Below are positions 34,629 to 44,614 of a stretch of 64,000 nt of DNA, piece by piece (position 1 is the first letter of the stretch; each line of letters opens with the position of its first letter). A program made the translations under genes and the position numbers. The stretch is from NCBI GenBank assembly GCA_963759415.1, contig CAVWZG010000003.1, positions 735,031 through 799,030 of the forward strand, read 5' to 3'. Origin of the DNA: an uncultured Verrucomicrobiae bacterium (GTDB lineage Bacteria; Verrucomicrobiota; Verrucomicrobiia; Limisphaerales; Palsa-1400). Under the pieces are notes generated by a model. The model worked only from the letters and a program-made list of their open reading frames with translations. It searched no databases and was not told the origin of the DNA.

Positions 34629-35130
34629 GCCTTAGAGGCTGCGCTGTCTGCAAGACCGCCATCATCGGCGCCCGCGCCCGGGAAGCGTCGTCAAATTCCC
34701 CATGCACGCATCCGGCAAACACGCGACCGCCGACAACGAAAAGGACCACCTCGGCGTGGCCCGGGTCGCCATCATCGGCCTCGTTGCCCGAACCGGTGAT
34801 ATGTTTGGCGGGCGCGCCCGCGACCACCATGTCCATGGAAGCGGTAGCTTTGAACTTGATGAACTCGCTCTTAATCAACTCGGCCGCGCGAGGCACGGCG
34901 TCGTTCGCGGTCCTGGCCTTGGCCACGGCCCAGACGTGGAGCGACATGTTGGTGGTCTTAATGTTGACGTAACCGTTGGAGGAGGCAACTTTAGCCGCCG
35001 CTGGAGCTTGCAACGCCAGCGCCGGCTTGCCGTCCACTGAAAGCGTCACGGTTGTGTCCTGGGCCGAAGCCCGGACAGCCACGCAAGCACTGACAAGGCA
35101 GACCAGGAGAGGCGTCAGGTATTTGTTCAT
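34597..35130 (-). CDS. Secreted hypothetical protein
   Basis: MNKYLTPLLVCLVSACVAVRASAQ signal peptide. No recognised domain. The 3' end overlaps the convergent MNT gene by 32 nt. Confidence 0.4.
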   Translation of the reverse strand: MNKYLTPLLVCLVSACVAVRASAQDTTVTLSVDGKPALALQAPAAAKVASSNGYVNIKTTNMSLHVWAVAKARTANDAVPRAAELIKSEFIKFKATASMDMVVAGAPAKHITGSGNEADDGDPGHAEVVLFVVGGRVFAGCVHGEFDDASRARAPMMAVLQTAQPLRLNSLLPADKR

Positions 35131-35135
35131 TTTGC

Positions 35136-36125
35136 TCACAATCGATATATACGCCGGGCGTTTCCGTAAAGGAGTTTGCGCTCGATGGACTTGCTCGGAG
35201 CCAGTTCGCGCACGGCTTGGATCGTCGTCCAACCGATGCAGACAGGGCCGCGTCCGGGCACGTCCGGGCAGTCGCTGCCGAAGATCAACTTATCCTGGTG
35301 GCGCTTGAGAAAACCGCGCGTGAAATCCGGGTCGCGCGTCAGGCCGTTGCGGGCGGAATTAGCCGCGAGGTCGGCGTAAAAATTCGGATAGTCGCTCAAA
35401 TAACGGTCGGTCCAGCCGCCCGGGGTCACCTTGCCAGGGGGATACAGCTTGTCGGCGTCATCCTTGCAATTGAGGTCGATGTGCGCCCAGACCGTTTGGG
35501 CGTGGCCGATAAAGGTCGTGCGCGGATGGGCCTGGAACATTTTGTAGAAGCGGTCGTAGCCGTGATTGTAACTTCCGAACTGGAAGTGCATAAGAATCGG
35601 CACGCCGTAATCGGCCGCCAGGCGGTAGAGCGCCTGCATCTGCGGGCAATCGCATTCCACCGCGAATTTTTGCTCACCGATGCAGACGGCGCCCAGCCTG
35701 AGATATTTTTCAATGACTTGCGGAGCGTTTTCCAGATCGGGAACTTCGTTGGCGCCAAAATAAAACTCGCCGGGGTGGGCCAGGGCCAGCGAGCGGCAGG
35801 ACTCGTTGCCCAACACGGTGCCCTGCAATCCGTTGCCATACCCTTCGTGCGTCGAGGGCCGGTTGACCGGCGAGCCGGAGGGCAGGAGCACCGTCTTGAT
35901 GGCGCCCATGTTGCGCTGATGTTGCACCAATTGCTCATCGGTCCGGGCCGGGCCGATTTGATGCCACTGCTGATCCCTTTTGCCGCCGTAGTTGGTGTGC
36001 TGGTGGATGTCAATAATTGGCTCCGATTCGGGCGTCGTCCGGCAGGACGGAAGCAGCGCCGAACCGGCCGCCAGGACTGAGGCGTGGCAAAAATGGCGTC
36101 GGGAGATGGTTTTTGATCTGTTCAT
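35136..36125 (-). CDS. Tat-signal amidohydrolase-2 family metal-dependent hydrolase
   Basis: MNRSKTISRRHFCHASVLAAGSALL (Tat-like). IIDIHQH metal motif. TIM-barrel hydrolase-like remainder. Confidence 0.7.
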   Translation of the reverse strand: MNRSKTISRRHFCHASVLAAGSALLPSCRTTPESEPIIDIHQHTNYGGKRDQQWHQIGPARTDEQLVQHQRNMGAIKTVLLPSGSPVNRPSTHEGYGNGLQGTVLGNESCRSLALAHPGEFYFGANEVPDLENAPQVIEKYLRLGAVCIGEQKFAVECDCPQMQALYRLAADYGVPILMHFQFGSYNHGYDRFYKMFQAHPRTTFIGHAQTVWAHIDLNCKDDADKLYPPGKVTPGGWTDRYLSDYPNFYADLAANSARNGLTRDPDFTRGFLKRHQDKLIFGSDCPDVPGRGPVCIGWTTIQAVRELAPSKSIERKLLYGNARRIYRL

Positions 36126-36238
36126 AAGCGTTGAAAACAGGCGCAGTCTCCCTCTTGCCCGCGCCGCACGCCAGCAAAATCCATCTTCCAGACGCCATTG
36201 CGTCATTGACCCTTCACTCCCCTATGCCCGCCGCCGCG

Positions 36239-36628
36239 TCACGGTGATTTCGCGTAAGTAATCATGCCCTGAAAATCAACCACGACCGCAGGCTCGTTGC
36301 CGACCACCCAAGCATCATGGCCGGGAGGCAACAAGGATACGTCGCCCGGCCCACAGTCGAACTCCGTGCCGTCATCCATGCGGACTCGCAGCACGCCGGA
36401 GACGTGATACTGGCAGTGCGCAGCTTCGCAACTCCTGGTCTTGGCAATCGGCTGAACCGACGTGCTCCAACGCCATCCTGGCTCCAGTGTGGCCCGGCCC
36501 ACCGTCGAGCCGCCGACCTTGACCAACTCCACTCTGCCTTTGGGAAACTCCCGAATCTCATCCGGTTTGCCAAACTTTTTCACTTCCGCTTTATTCATAC
36601 ATTCCCTTTCTGTTATTTGTGTTGTCAT
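36239..36628 (-). CDS. Cupin domain protein
   Basis: LEPGWRWS...HCQYHVSGVLRVRMDDGTEFDCGPGDVSLLPPGHDAWVVG is a cupin-2-like pattern. The start may instead be the internal MNKAEV. Confidence 0.6.
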   Translation of the reverse strand: MTTQITERECMNKAEVKKFGKPDEIREFPKGRVELVKVGGSTVGRATLEPGWRWSTSVQPIAKTRSCEAAHCQYHVSGVLRVRMDDGTEFDCGPGDVSLLPPGHDAWVVGNEPAVVVDFQGMITYAKSP

Positions 36629-36899
36629 GGCGGGGAACCTGATGCTTGGCGAAGCGGCACGGTTGACACGATGTATTCAAAGCGGTCAACACATTGCCAC
36701 TTCATTACATTGTAGCAACTCTAGCTCAAACCACCCTTGGCGGCAAGCACGACCGCACGACGGGGGTGCTAGAAGTGCCGTCCGGAATGGATTTGGGCGG
36801 CGCGGCAGCGCCGGCCCTGCCGGAAACTGACTTTTAATCGCAACCCTGCAACGGCAACCGTTTGACATGCCCGCTTTCCTGCCCCATCTTAAGTGCGTT

Positions 36900-38003
36900 A
36901 TGATTATTGGAGTGCCACGCGAGATCAAACTTCAGGAACATCGTGTCGCTTTGCTGCCATCGGCTGTCTATCTGCTGACCAAACGCGGGCACAAAGTCGT
37001 CGTCGAACGCTCCGCCGGCGCCGGGGCCGGCTATCCCGACGCCGATTACGAACAGGCTGGCGCGCGTCTAACCGGCGATCACGCGGCCGTCTTTGAACAG
37101 GCCGAATTGATCGTCAAGGTCAAGGAACCGCAGGAGTCCGAATGCGCCCTGCTGCGCGCGGGCCAGATTCTTTTCACTTACTTGCACCTGGCGGCGGATC
37201 GCGGCTTGACCCTGGCGCTGCTCAAATCCGGCGTGACGGCCATCGCCTATGAGACGATTGAGGTCAACCACCGCCTGCCCTTGCTCGAACCCATGAGTGA
37301 AATCGCCGGGCGCATGGCCATTCTGGTCGGCGGCTATTGTCTGGCCAAGCATAACGGGGGCAGCGGCGTGTTGCTGGGCGGGGTGCCGGGGGTGTTGCCG
37401 GGGCGCGTGGTGGTCCTGGGCGGCGGCTCCAGCGGCATCAACGCGGCCCGCATGGCTACCGGTCTGGGAGCCGACGTGACCGTTCTGGAAGTGGATTTGG
37501 AACGGATGCGCTTTCTGGACATCACGCTGCACACGGCCCACACCCTTTATTCCAGCGAGGCGCACCTGGTTGATTTATTGCCGGCAGTCGATTTGTTGAT
37601 TGGCGCGGTGCTGCTGCCAGGAGCCAAGGCGCCCAGATTGATACGCCGCGACATGCTCCGCCACATGCGGCCCGGCAGCGTTTTCGTCGATATTGCCATC
37701 GATCAGGGCGGCTGCGCCGAGACCTCGCGGCCCACCACGCACGATCTGCCGACTTATGTCGAGGAGGGAGTGATCCACTATTGCGTGGCCAACATGCCCG
37801 GTGCTTATGCCCGCACCGCCACGCAGGCTCTGACCAACGTGACCTATCGCTACATCGAGACCCTGGCGGACATGGGATTGAAGGAGGCGTGCCTCTTTCA
37901 GCCGGCCTTGGTCGGGGGCATCAACGTGATGAACGGCCAGTTGACGCACAAAGCCGTGGCCGAGGAGCATGGCCTGAAATACGCGCCGCCGCCGCTGGCG
38001 TGA
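36900..38003 (+). CDS. ald: Alanine dehydrogenase
   Basis: [21 protein letters not shown]..., [28 protein letters not shown] (NAD fold), [10 protein letters not shown]. Confidence 0.9.
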   Translation: MIIGVPREIKLQEHRVALLPSAVYLLTKRGHKVVVERSAGAGAGYPDADYEQAGARLTGDHAAVFEQAELIVKVKEPQESECALLRAGQILFTYLHLAADRGLTLALLKSGVTAIAYETIEVNHRLPLLEPMSEIAGRMAILVGGYCLAKHNGGSGVLLGGVPGVLPGRVVVLGGGSSGINAARMATGLGADVTVLEVDLERMRFLDITLHTAHTLYSSEAHLVDLLPAVDLLIGAVLLPGAKAPRLIRRDMLRHMRPGSVFVDIAIDQGGCAETSRPTTHDLPTYVEEGVIHYCVANMPGAYARTATQALTNVTYRYIETLADMGLKEACLFQPALVGGINVMNGQLTHKAVAEEHGLKYAPPPLA

Positions 38004-38037
38004 CGGATCGTGTTTAGCTTGGCCTCTTGTCGGCGCC

Positions 38038-41000
38038 TCAAGGCTTGGGGCCGAAGGCGGCCTTGAACTCGGGCGTTTCCCTCAGCGGCGCAAACATGGG
38101 ATCCTGGAACAGGTGCTCGCGCAAATCGACCGTCTTGGGGTTTTTGCCGCGTTCCGCGGCGTTAATGTCCAGCGATTTTTTGAGCGAGATCATGGCCTGG
38201 GAAATTTCACCGCGATAGGACTGGACGGCAGCCAGATTGTACCACGGCTCGGCATTGTTGGGCAAGGCCTGGGTCAGGCGCGTGACCACCTTTTCGCTGT
38301 TGGCCATATCGCCCATGCGCGCGTAGGCATCGGCCGCAGCCATGAGCGTGGACGGGTCCGAGCCGGCAAAGGAAAGCACTTGCTCCAGCATTTGCGCGGC
38401 GGTGTTGGTTTGGCCGCGGGACATGGCCTGCTGGATTTGGCCGAAGACTTGTTTGATCTGGTCGGCCACGGGCATCCCTTTTTTGCTCCGCTCCAATTGC
38501 GTAATCCACTCGCTGATGGAGCCGTTGTAAGGGTCCAGCTTATGGCAGGTTTGCAAAATCATCAGCGCATCGTCAATGCGGGGCGGCGAGGTTTGCATGA
38601 CCAGAAGATCCATGAAGTGGAAGACCGCCTCCGGGCTGAACGGGCAATAGGCAAAAGACTGTTTAAAGGCAAACTCCGCCTCCTTGGTCACCCGCGGCCG
38701 CTCCGTGGCGCTGCGGGAATTCTCCGGGCGCGAGCGCCATTGGTAGATGCTGCTGGCAATGGAGCTGCGCAGCTTGGAAAATGCCTTCTGCCCGTCGTCA
38801 TCGCGCACGAATCTCGGGTCGCCGGTAAAGTGGCTCAGGTCGTGGCGCAAATACACGTCCTCGGCCCAATCGCAAATCTGCTTGACGCTCGTGTCGTAGT
38901 TGATCCAATTGCCGATGGTGCGGCGGGAGAATTCGCTCCAGAAGGCGTGGTCTTTGTCGATCACGTCCTGCGACATTTCCTGCACGGGATGGCGGTTGAT
39001 TTTCATGATGACGCCAAATGGCTCCAGATAGGAATACATCCAATCCAGCGGGAAGCTTTCCTCCACGTAGAATTCGTGGTGGGGGTTCTTGTCGAAAATC
39101 ACCTTGGTCAGCAGGCCGTTGATGCTCATCACGGCCACCTGGCCGGAAACCGAGACGCGCCCGTTGTCCACGTGAACGTCCTCCCCCGGCTTGAGCTGGC
39201 GACGTTCCATGGGAAATTCGTCGTCGTGCTGCTTGCGCCGTTGCGCGTCGTAAAGATATTCCTGAAAGCAGTTGGCCGAATCCTCTGGAGTGGCCGTGAT
39301 AATCTCGGTGTCGGGATAGACGCCGCCGAGGCTCTTGACGATGGCCTCGGGATAGGCCACTTCCAACATGCGGCGATTGAGGCGGATGATGTTATTGTGG
39401 GTCAGGTTGCCGCCGGCGGCGGCTTCCTGAATCAACGGCGGCAGCTTGACGTCCTTGAACCGCTCGGCAGAGTACATGTTTTCGCCGTCCAGAATGGCAT
39501 TGAGGTCCTTGGAAAGGGCGCGGCGCAGGGCGGTTTCGTCCGCGTTGCCGACAACCAAGGGCTGTGTTTCCTTGCTCAGTTTTGCATAGAGATACTTGGC
39601 CAGCGGATCCTGCTCGCCGCCGGGACGCAGCTTGGCGGCGAGTTTTTGCGCGTTGAGGAATTGATCAGGTTTGAACCAGGAGGTGCCGGTGCGGCGCTCT
39701 CTTTCGACTTTTGCGCCCAGGCCCTCAAAAATGTCGTCCAGCCACGCCAGCGACCGGGTCGTCCCGGAAAACAACTTGGGCGCGCTGCCGGCCAGGAAGT
39801 TCTGGAAAAACGGCGGGTCGATCTGCGCGCTGCGGTTGTATTGGGCGCGGATGTAGTCCAGGTAAGTGTTATCCGCCAGCGCGTTTTGGGTGATGATATA
39901 GACGTCGCGGCGATCATAATGCTGGTCCTGCAAAGGCTGGCAATCATGCGGGATGAAGCTTTCGCAGAAAATGGTGTAGGTGGGACAAAAACGGCCGGGG
40001 TCCGTGCCGCCATAGAGCACCGCGTCGCGCGCCATTTCCGGATAAACCATTTTGCCGTAAGGGCCTTTGGCGGCCGCCTCGCGCAAGGTGGCGTCGTAGG
40101 TCAGGTTGCCGTCCGTCCCCACGAAGGGCGGGGTAAACATATCGTGGCCGAACCAGTAGCCAAACCAATGGTTGCGCTGCTCGCTCTTGTACCAGTGCGA
40201 CATGCCGGAGTAAACCGGCAGCAGCGCGAAAAGCGCCAGGGTGATCCCCAGCGGGGCGCGCCGGTTGTAAATGAAAAGGGACGCCAAAAAGGCCAGCGTC
40301 ATGACCACCAGCAGCAGGCTGGCGAACACTGCCGACCCATATTGGCGCGGCGCGAAAGATTGCGCGATCAAATGCGGCAGGCTCGACAGGCTCATGTGGC
40401 TTTCCGCGTCGAGACCGAAATAATTCCCGCCCGTGACCGCAAACAGTGAGTAAAGGGCCAGAGCGATGGCCACGCCCGCGCCGGCAAATCCCCAGCGGCG
40501 GAATTTCTCGTAGTTGGTGGCCATGAACGCGGCCGTCAAGGCCATGCCGTAACCGATCAATATCGCCACAATCGCGTGCGAGGCGGTGAAAAACACTTTG
40601 ACCAGTTCGGATGTCTGGCGGTCGCGGGTGGGACTCAGGAAGATGGAGAGCAGCACGCCCAGGAAGGGATAAATGGCGGCGACGGAAATGACCCAGGCGC
40701 GTTCCCGTTTTTGCATTTTGAAGAGGAAAAACAACGGCAATAGGACAAAAAACATCGCCACCCAGCTATACGCATCGGCCAACCCCGTGACCAACATGTT
40801 CAGCTCGGTCATGAAATGCCCCGGGTCTTTGAAAATGTCCGTCGGGCTGAGTTTGTCGTACTGCCCACGACTCAAAGCGTGCCAGAAACCTTCGACGGTG
40901 CGCGGGTAGCCCCATTCCATGGGAGGATTGGTCATGCCGGAGACGGCTTCGTAAAGGTAAAAACAAGCGCCCCCGCCCAGAAGGCTAAATGAGGCCAGAG

Positions 41001-41958
41001 TGGACTTCCATTCTGTCAATAGGCCGTTGGTCTTGATGGTCAGATAAATGCAAGCGGCCATCGAACACAAGCCGACGCCGACAAAAATCCGGAAGACCAT
41101 GGGCGTAGTGCTCTCGAAAATGCCCGCCATGTGGGCGCTCTTGGCCAGCAATCCCAGGAAAAAGAAAACGCTGTTCAAAAAGAACATGTCCCGGCCCAAT
41201 TTGGGCTGGCGGGCGGCCACGCCAATCTCGATGCCCATGATAGCCATGGTCAGCGTCTGGTGAATGGTGGCGCAGATGCCGAGAAAGAAAAACGCCGTGT
41301 ATAAATAGCGTCGCTGGTGGGGCGCATAATTCCACCGCAACAGCAATGTCAGCACCAACAGCAGCCAAGGCACGCCGAAAAGGGAAATGCGGTTGATGAC
41401 GACCGACTCCTTCCACATCGAACTGCCCAAGCCCAGCATCAGCCCGGCGGTGATGCCCGAAACCATGCAGATGGCCCCCTCCCACTTGCCGGTCATGTTT
41501 TTCAATTCCTCGATCCCTTCCATCAACATGCTGCTGCCGCGGGAAACCATCAAGGCCAGAAGCCCGCACCCCGCCGCCGCCGTGGTGGCCTCGGCCAGGG
41601 CCACGCGCCAGGCGATGTTCTTGAAAGGCACCAGCACCGTCCAGAGCCAGGTGTAAATGGTCCAGAACGGGTAGCCCGGAGGATGCGGGATGCCGGCGTA
41701 GTAAGAAGCCGTGCAAAGCTCCCCGGAATCCTCCAAGGTCACCTGTGGAGCCAGGCAGATAAAATAAATGACCCAGACGATCGCGAAAGCAATGAGCATG
41801 GTCAGCCAGTCCAGGCGCCGGAAGAGCGGCGGCACATTGGCTGACGTGGATTGCGGCGGCAGCGCGGCTTTGGCGGGCGGGGTCGTGGCGGCACTGGCAG
41901 CCGTGGCGGCGCCGCCTTTGGCTGGCGCGCCTTGGGGCGGTTGAGATTTAGAATTCAT
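38038..41958 (-). CDS. DUF2723 (TMEM260-like glycosyltransferase-fold) polytopic membrane protein with C-terminal TPR region
   Basis: SGELCTASYYAGIPHPPGYPFWTIYTWLW is the DUF2723 signature. Many TM helices. C-terminal TPR-like AEPWYNLAAVQSYRGEISQAM. Confidence 0.8.
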   Translation of the reverse strand: MNSKSQPPQGAPAKGGAATAASAATTPPAKAALPPQSTSANVPPLFRRLDWLTMLIAFAIVWVIYFICLAPQVTLEDSGELCTASYYAGIPHPPGYPFWTIYTWLWTVLVPFKNIAWRVALAEATTAAAGCGLLALMVSRGSSMLMEGIEELKNMTGKWEGAICMVSGITAGLMLGLGSSMWKESVVINRISLFGVPWLLLVLTLLLRWNYAPHQRRYLYTAFFFLGICATIHQTLTMAIMGIEIGVAARQPKLGRDMFFLNSVFFFLGLLAKSAHMAGIFESTTPMVFRIFVGVGLCSMAACIYLTIKTNGLLTEWKSTLASFSLLGGGACFYLYEAVSGMTNPPMEWGYPRTVEGFWHALSRGQYDKLSPTDIFKDPGHFMTELNMLVTGLADAYSWVAMFFVLLPLFFLFKMQKRERAWVISVAAIYPFLGVLLSIFLSPTRDRQTSELVKVFFTASHAIVAILIGYGMALTAAFMATNYEKFRRWGFAGAGVAIALALYSLFAVTGGNYFGLDAESHMSLSSLPHLIAQSFAPRQYGSAVFASLLLVVMTLAFLASLFIYNRRAPLGITLALFALLPVYSGMSHWYKSEQRNHWFGYWFGHDMFTPPFVGTDGNLTYDATLREAAAKGPYGKMVYPEMARDAVLYGGTDPGRFCPTYTIFCESFIPHDCQPLQDQHYDRRDVYIITQNALADNTYLDYIRAQYNRSAQIDPPFFQNFLAGSAPKLFSGTTRSLAWLDDIFEGLGAKVERERRTGTSWFKPDQFLNAQKLAAKLRPGGEQDPLAKYLYAKLSKETQPLVVGNADETALRRALSKDLNAILDGENMYSAERFKDVKLPPLIQEAAAGGNLTHNNIIRLNRRMLEVAYPEAIVKSLGGVYPDTEIITATPEDSANCFQEYLYDAQRRKQHDDEFPMERRQLKPGEDVHVDNGRVSVSGQVAVMSINGLLTKVIFDKNPHHEFYVEESFPLDWMYSYLEPFGVIMKINRHPVQEMSQDVIDKDHAFWSEFSRRTIGNWINYDTSVKQICDWAEDVYLRHDLSHFTGDPRFVRDDDGQKAFSKLRSSIASSIYQWRSRPENSRSATERPRVTKEAEFAFKQSFAYCPFSPEAVFHFMDLLVMQTSPPRIDDALMILQTCHKLDPYNGSISEWITQLERSKKGMPVADQIKQVFGQIQQAMSRGQTNTAAQMLEQVLSFAGSDPSTLMAAADAYARMGDMANSEKVVTRLTQALPNNAEPWYNLAAVQSYRGEISQAMISLKKSLDINAAERGKNPKTVDLREHLFQDPMFAPLRETPEFKAAFGPKP

Positions 41959-42110
41959 CTGTTATATGGCGTAAACCGGCGCACATCTACCGGACTGGAC
42001 ACCGGAAACGGTCTTTTTGTATATGAAGCTTCGCCCGTTTGGGCAATGAAGAAACGCGACAAAGTTTCGGGGCTTTCGAGGCGGGGCCAGGGCGAAATAT
42101 CTATCAAGCG

Positions 42111-42213
42111 GCCCCGTTTTCCGACAAAAACGGCCGCCCGCAAAACGAGGGCAACGCGATGGTCACGGCGACAGGCGCCCCGTTTTCCGACAAAAACGGC
42201 CGCCCGCAAAACG
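42111..42213. repeat. Two perfect 37-nt direct repeats (gccccgttttccgacaaaaacggccgcccgcaaaacg), each with an internal 7-bp hairpin
   Basis: The copies at 42111-42147 and 42177-42213 are identical. Each contains ccgtttt...aaaacgg. They lie in the divergent intergenic region between the DUF2723 and PMP genes. Confidence 0.9.
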
Positions 42214-42275
42214 CGTCATCTTCAAGTTGCTGCCATTCAGCGGGTTATCCGGTGGATAAAAAGCCCGGTATCGCG

Positions 42276-42309
42276 CCAATAAAATGTCCCACCTGGGACA
42301 TTTTATTGG
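42276..42309. promoter_or_regulatory. 34-nt AT-rich perfect palindrome ccaataaaatgtcccacctgggacattttattgg
   Basis: 16-bp arms with a 2-nt centre. It lies 54 nt upstream of ATG 42363. A second copy sits at 44466-44499 with an inverted centre. Confidence 0.5.
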
Positions 42310-42362
42310 TACTTTCCGGTCTGTCAATTTTGCGCTTGCATTCATTTGATAATAACGGCAGA

Positions 42363-44420
42363 ATGCCAACCATGCCTAAAGTTCAACCCTCTGGTATTCT
42401 TGCGGTTACCACCCTGGCGGCGATCCTCTGTTCTTCGACCGGGGCTTTTGCGGCGGGCGTGGTGACCAGCGCCAACGAAAGTTCATTGACGACCGCGATG
42501 GCCGGCGGCGGCACCGTGACGTTCGCGGTTAACGGGACGATCTACCTCACGAACACCATCGTTGTGTCCAACAACACGGTGCTGGACGCCACAGGCTATA
42601 ATGTGGCTGTCGATGGCAGCAACGCGGTGAGTTTATTCGCAGTTAATAGCAATGTGAGCTTCACGTTGAAAGGCCTGACCCTGGCCAATGGTTTGGCTCA
42701 AGCCACATTTATCCAGAACGCCGTAAGCGGCGGCAACGGCGGCGCGCTGTCTAACGCAGGGTCGCTGCAAGTCATCGGGTGTGTCTTATCGAACAATGCG
42801 GCCGTGGGATACAACGGGAATGCATATGAAGATCACAATTCAAGCCAGGGTTTTGGGGGGGCGATTTTTAGCGCCGGCTCTTTAATCGCAAGCAATTCCT
42901 TGTTCATCAACAACCATGCGGTTGGTGGTAATGGTCGCGCGTTTGCGCCACCTTCGCGATTTTACCCAACTGCCGGCAGCTCGGGGCTTGGAGCAGCTGC
43001 CTTCAACACTGGCTCTGCGTTGGTCGTCAACTGCGTCTTTTCCAACAACCAAGTCACCGGCGGCAACGGGGCTCTTGGAAACCCTGAGTATTCTGATGGT
43101 GCTAATAGCGCTCCAGGCACGGACGGAGGGAGCGCCAACGGCGGCGCAATATATAATTCAGGCCTGATTTCGATTCTCAGTTCCACAATCGTAATGAATT
43201 GCACTGCTGGCGGCGAAGGAGGCGCAGGAGCCTATGGCTATTATAATGGTGGGACCATGATTGGCGGAACCGGAGGCGCAGGGGGAGACGCATTGGGAGG
43301 AGGATTTTACGCCGCATCTGGCACGGCCGCCATAGTCAATTGCACCTTGGTAAGCAACGTCGCAATAGGAGGAAATGGAGGCCCAGGGGGAGCGGGAAGT
43401 GGCGGCGCCTTCGCGAGAGAACCGGGTGGCGCCGGAGGCTCCGGCGGCGGCGGCGCGAATGCCATAGGCGGCGCCATCTGTTTAGCAGGGGGCGCCCTCG
43501 ACATCACAAATGCCACCTTGGCCAATAATTTTCCCACCGGCGGAAGCAGCGGGGCGGGCGGACCGGGTGGCCCCGGTTACTATGGTCCTAACGGCCCTCC
43601 CGGTGCAAACGGCCAGTCGGGAATCGCCAAGGGAGACTCCATCGGAGTGTCAGACGGACAGCTTGTTCTCAAGAATTCGATACTTTATCCGAATATGTCG
43701 TCGGACACGAATATATTCGGTTCTCTTATCGATGCGGGCCACAATATAAACTCCGATTTCTCCGATTCACTTACCAATTCTACCAGCCTCAACGGCATCA
43801 ACCCCGATCTCGCCCCCTTGGGCAATTATGGCGGGCTTACGCCTACGATGGCGATGTTGCCGGGCAGCCCAGCCATCGATGCCGCCGATCCCGCCGATTT
43901 CCCGGCCACGGATCAGCGCGGCCGCCCCCGGCCTTTCGGCGCGGCGCCGGACATCGGCGCTTTTGAATTCTCGCCGACCGTCACTATTTCGGGGCAGATC
44001 GCCGGGCTGATGCCGGCCGACCAAATAACGGTCACGGCGGGCTGCTATTCGACGCTGACGACAAGCCACGGCGCCTATGAGTTTCCGTTTGACGATGGGC
44101 CTTCCTGCACGGTTGCGCCTACCAATGCCAATTACGTCTTTGTCCCGCCCGCGCAAACCATCAGCGTCTTTTCAAATCAAACCGTGGTGAATTTTCAAGC
44201 GTATCGGCTCAATGCGATCACCTTGGGCGTTCCGTCGGCCAATTCGCTCAATCTGGCATTTGCGGGAAGCAATGGCCAGCGATTCAGGATTGAAGCGTCC
44301 ACCAATTTCGCGGGCTGGACCCCCATTGCCACGAACACCATCAGCGCCGCCGGTTACGTGAGCGCCTCATTTCCCCTAAGCAATTCGGCCAGCCAATTCT
44401 TCCGGCTTGTCTCGCCGTAG
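42363..44420 (+). CDS. Secreted beta-helix protein with PMP (polymorphic membrane protein) repeats and choice-of-anchor-Q-like domain
   Basis: Signal MPTMPKVQPSGILAVTTLAAILCSSTGAFA. Repeated GGA(I/L) + FxxN units (GGALSNAGSLQV..SNN, FGGAIFSAGSL..INN, NGGAIYNSGL). DAGHNINSDFS...NPDLAPLGNYGGLTPTMAMLPGSPAIDA...DQRGRPRP...DIGAFE. Confidence 0.75.
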   Translation: MPTMPKVQPSGILAVTTLAAILCSSTGAFAAGVVTSANESSLTTAMAGGGTVTFAVNGTIYLTNTIVVSNNTVLDATGYNVAVDGSNAVSLFAVNSNVSFTLKGLTLANGLAQATFIQNAVSGGNGGALSNAGSLQVIGCVLSNNAAVGYNGNAYEDHNSSQGFGGAIFSAGSLIASNSLFINNHAVGGNGRAFAPPSRFYPTAGSSGLGAAAFNTGSALVVNCVFSNNQVTGGNGALGNPEYSDGANSAPGTDGGSANGGAIYNSGLISILSSTIVMNCTAGGEGGAGAYGYYNGGTMIGGTGGAGGDALGGGFYAASGTAAIVNCTLVSNVAIGGNGGPGGAGSGGAFAREPGGAGGSGGGGANAIGGAICLAGGALDITNATLANNFPTGGSSGAGGPGGPGYYGPNGPPGANGQSGIAKGDSIGVSDGQLVLKNSILYPNMSSDTNIFGSLIDAGHNINSDFSDSLTNSTSLNGINPDLAPLGNYGGLTPTMAMLPGSPAIDAADPADFPATDQRGRPRPFGAAPDIGAFEFSPTVTISGQIAGLMPADQITVTAGCYSTLTTSHGAYEFPFDDGPSCTVAPTNANYVFVPPAQTISVFSNQTVVNFQAYRLNAITLGVPSANSLNLAFAGSNGQRFRIEASTNFAGWTPIATNTISAAGYVSASFPLSNSASQFFRLVSP

Positions 44421-44465
44421 CTTGCCAGACTGCACGACCCGGCTCTGCTCGACTTCTTTGTTGTG

Positions 44466-44499
44466 CCAATAAAATGTCCCAGGTGGGACATTTCATTGG
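44466..44499. promoter_or_regulatory. Second copy of the 34-nt palindrome (ccaataaaatgtcccaggtgggacatttcattgg), opposite orientation
   Basis: The centre is ag/gt versus ac/ct, i.e. the reverse complement of copy 1, with one arm mismatch. It lies 46 nt after the PMP gene stop and 116 nt before the transporter ATG. Confidence 0.5.
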
Positions 44500-44614
44500 T
44501 ACGACTGCATTTTACAGTTGCGGCGGTGGGAATTTGTGTAAAGAATTTGCGCCATGACAATTGCAATGTGTCCGGGCACAGGTGTCGCCTGGCTGAATTT
44601 CATTACCTGCTGAT

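Noticed and set aside
38113-40449. 778-aa plus-strand ORF
   Set aside because: It is an antisense shadow of the DUF2723 gene with G/A/V/R-rich composition and no motifs.
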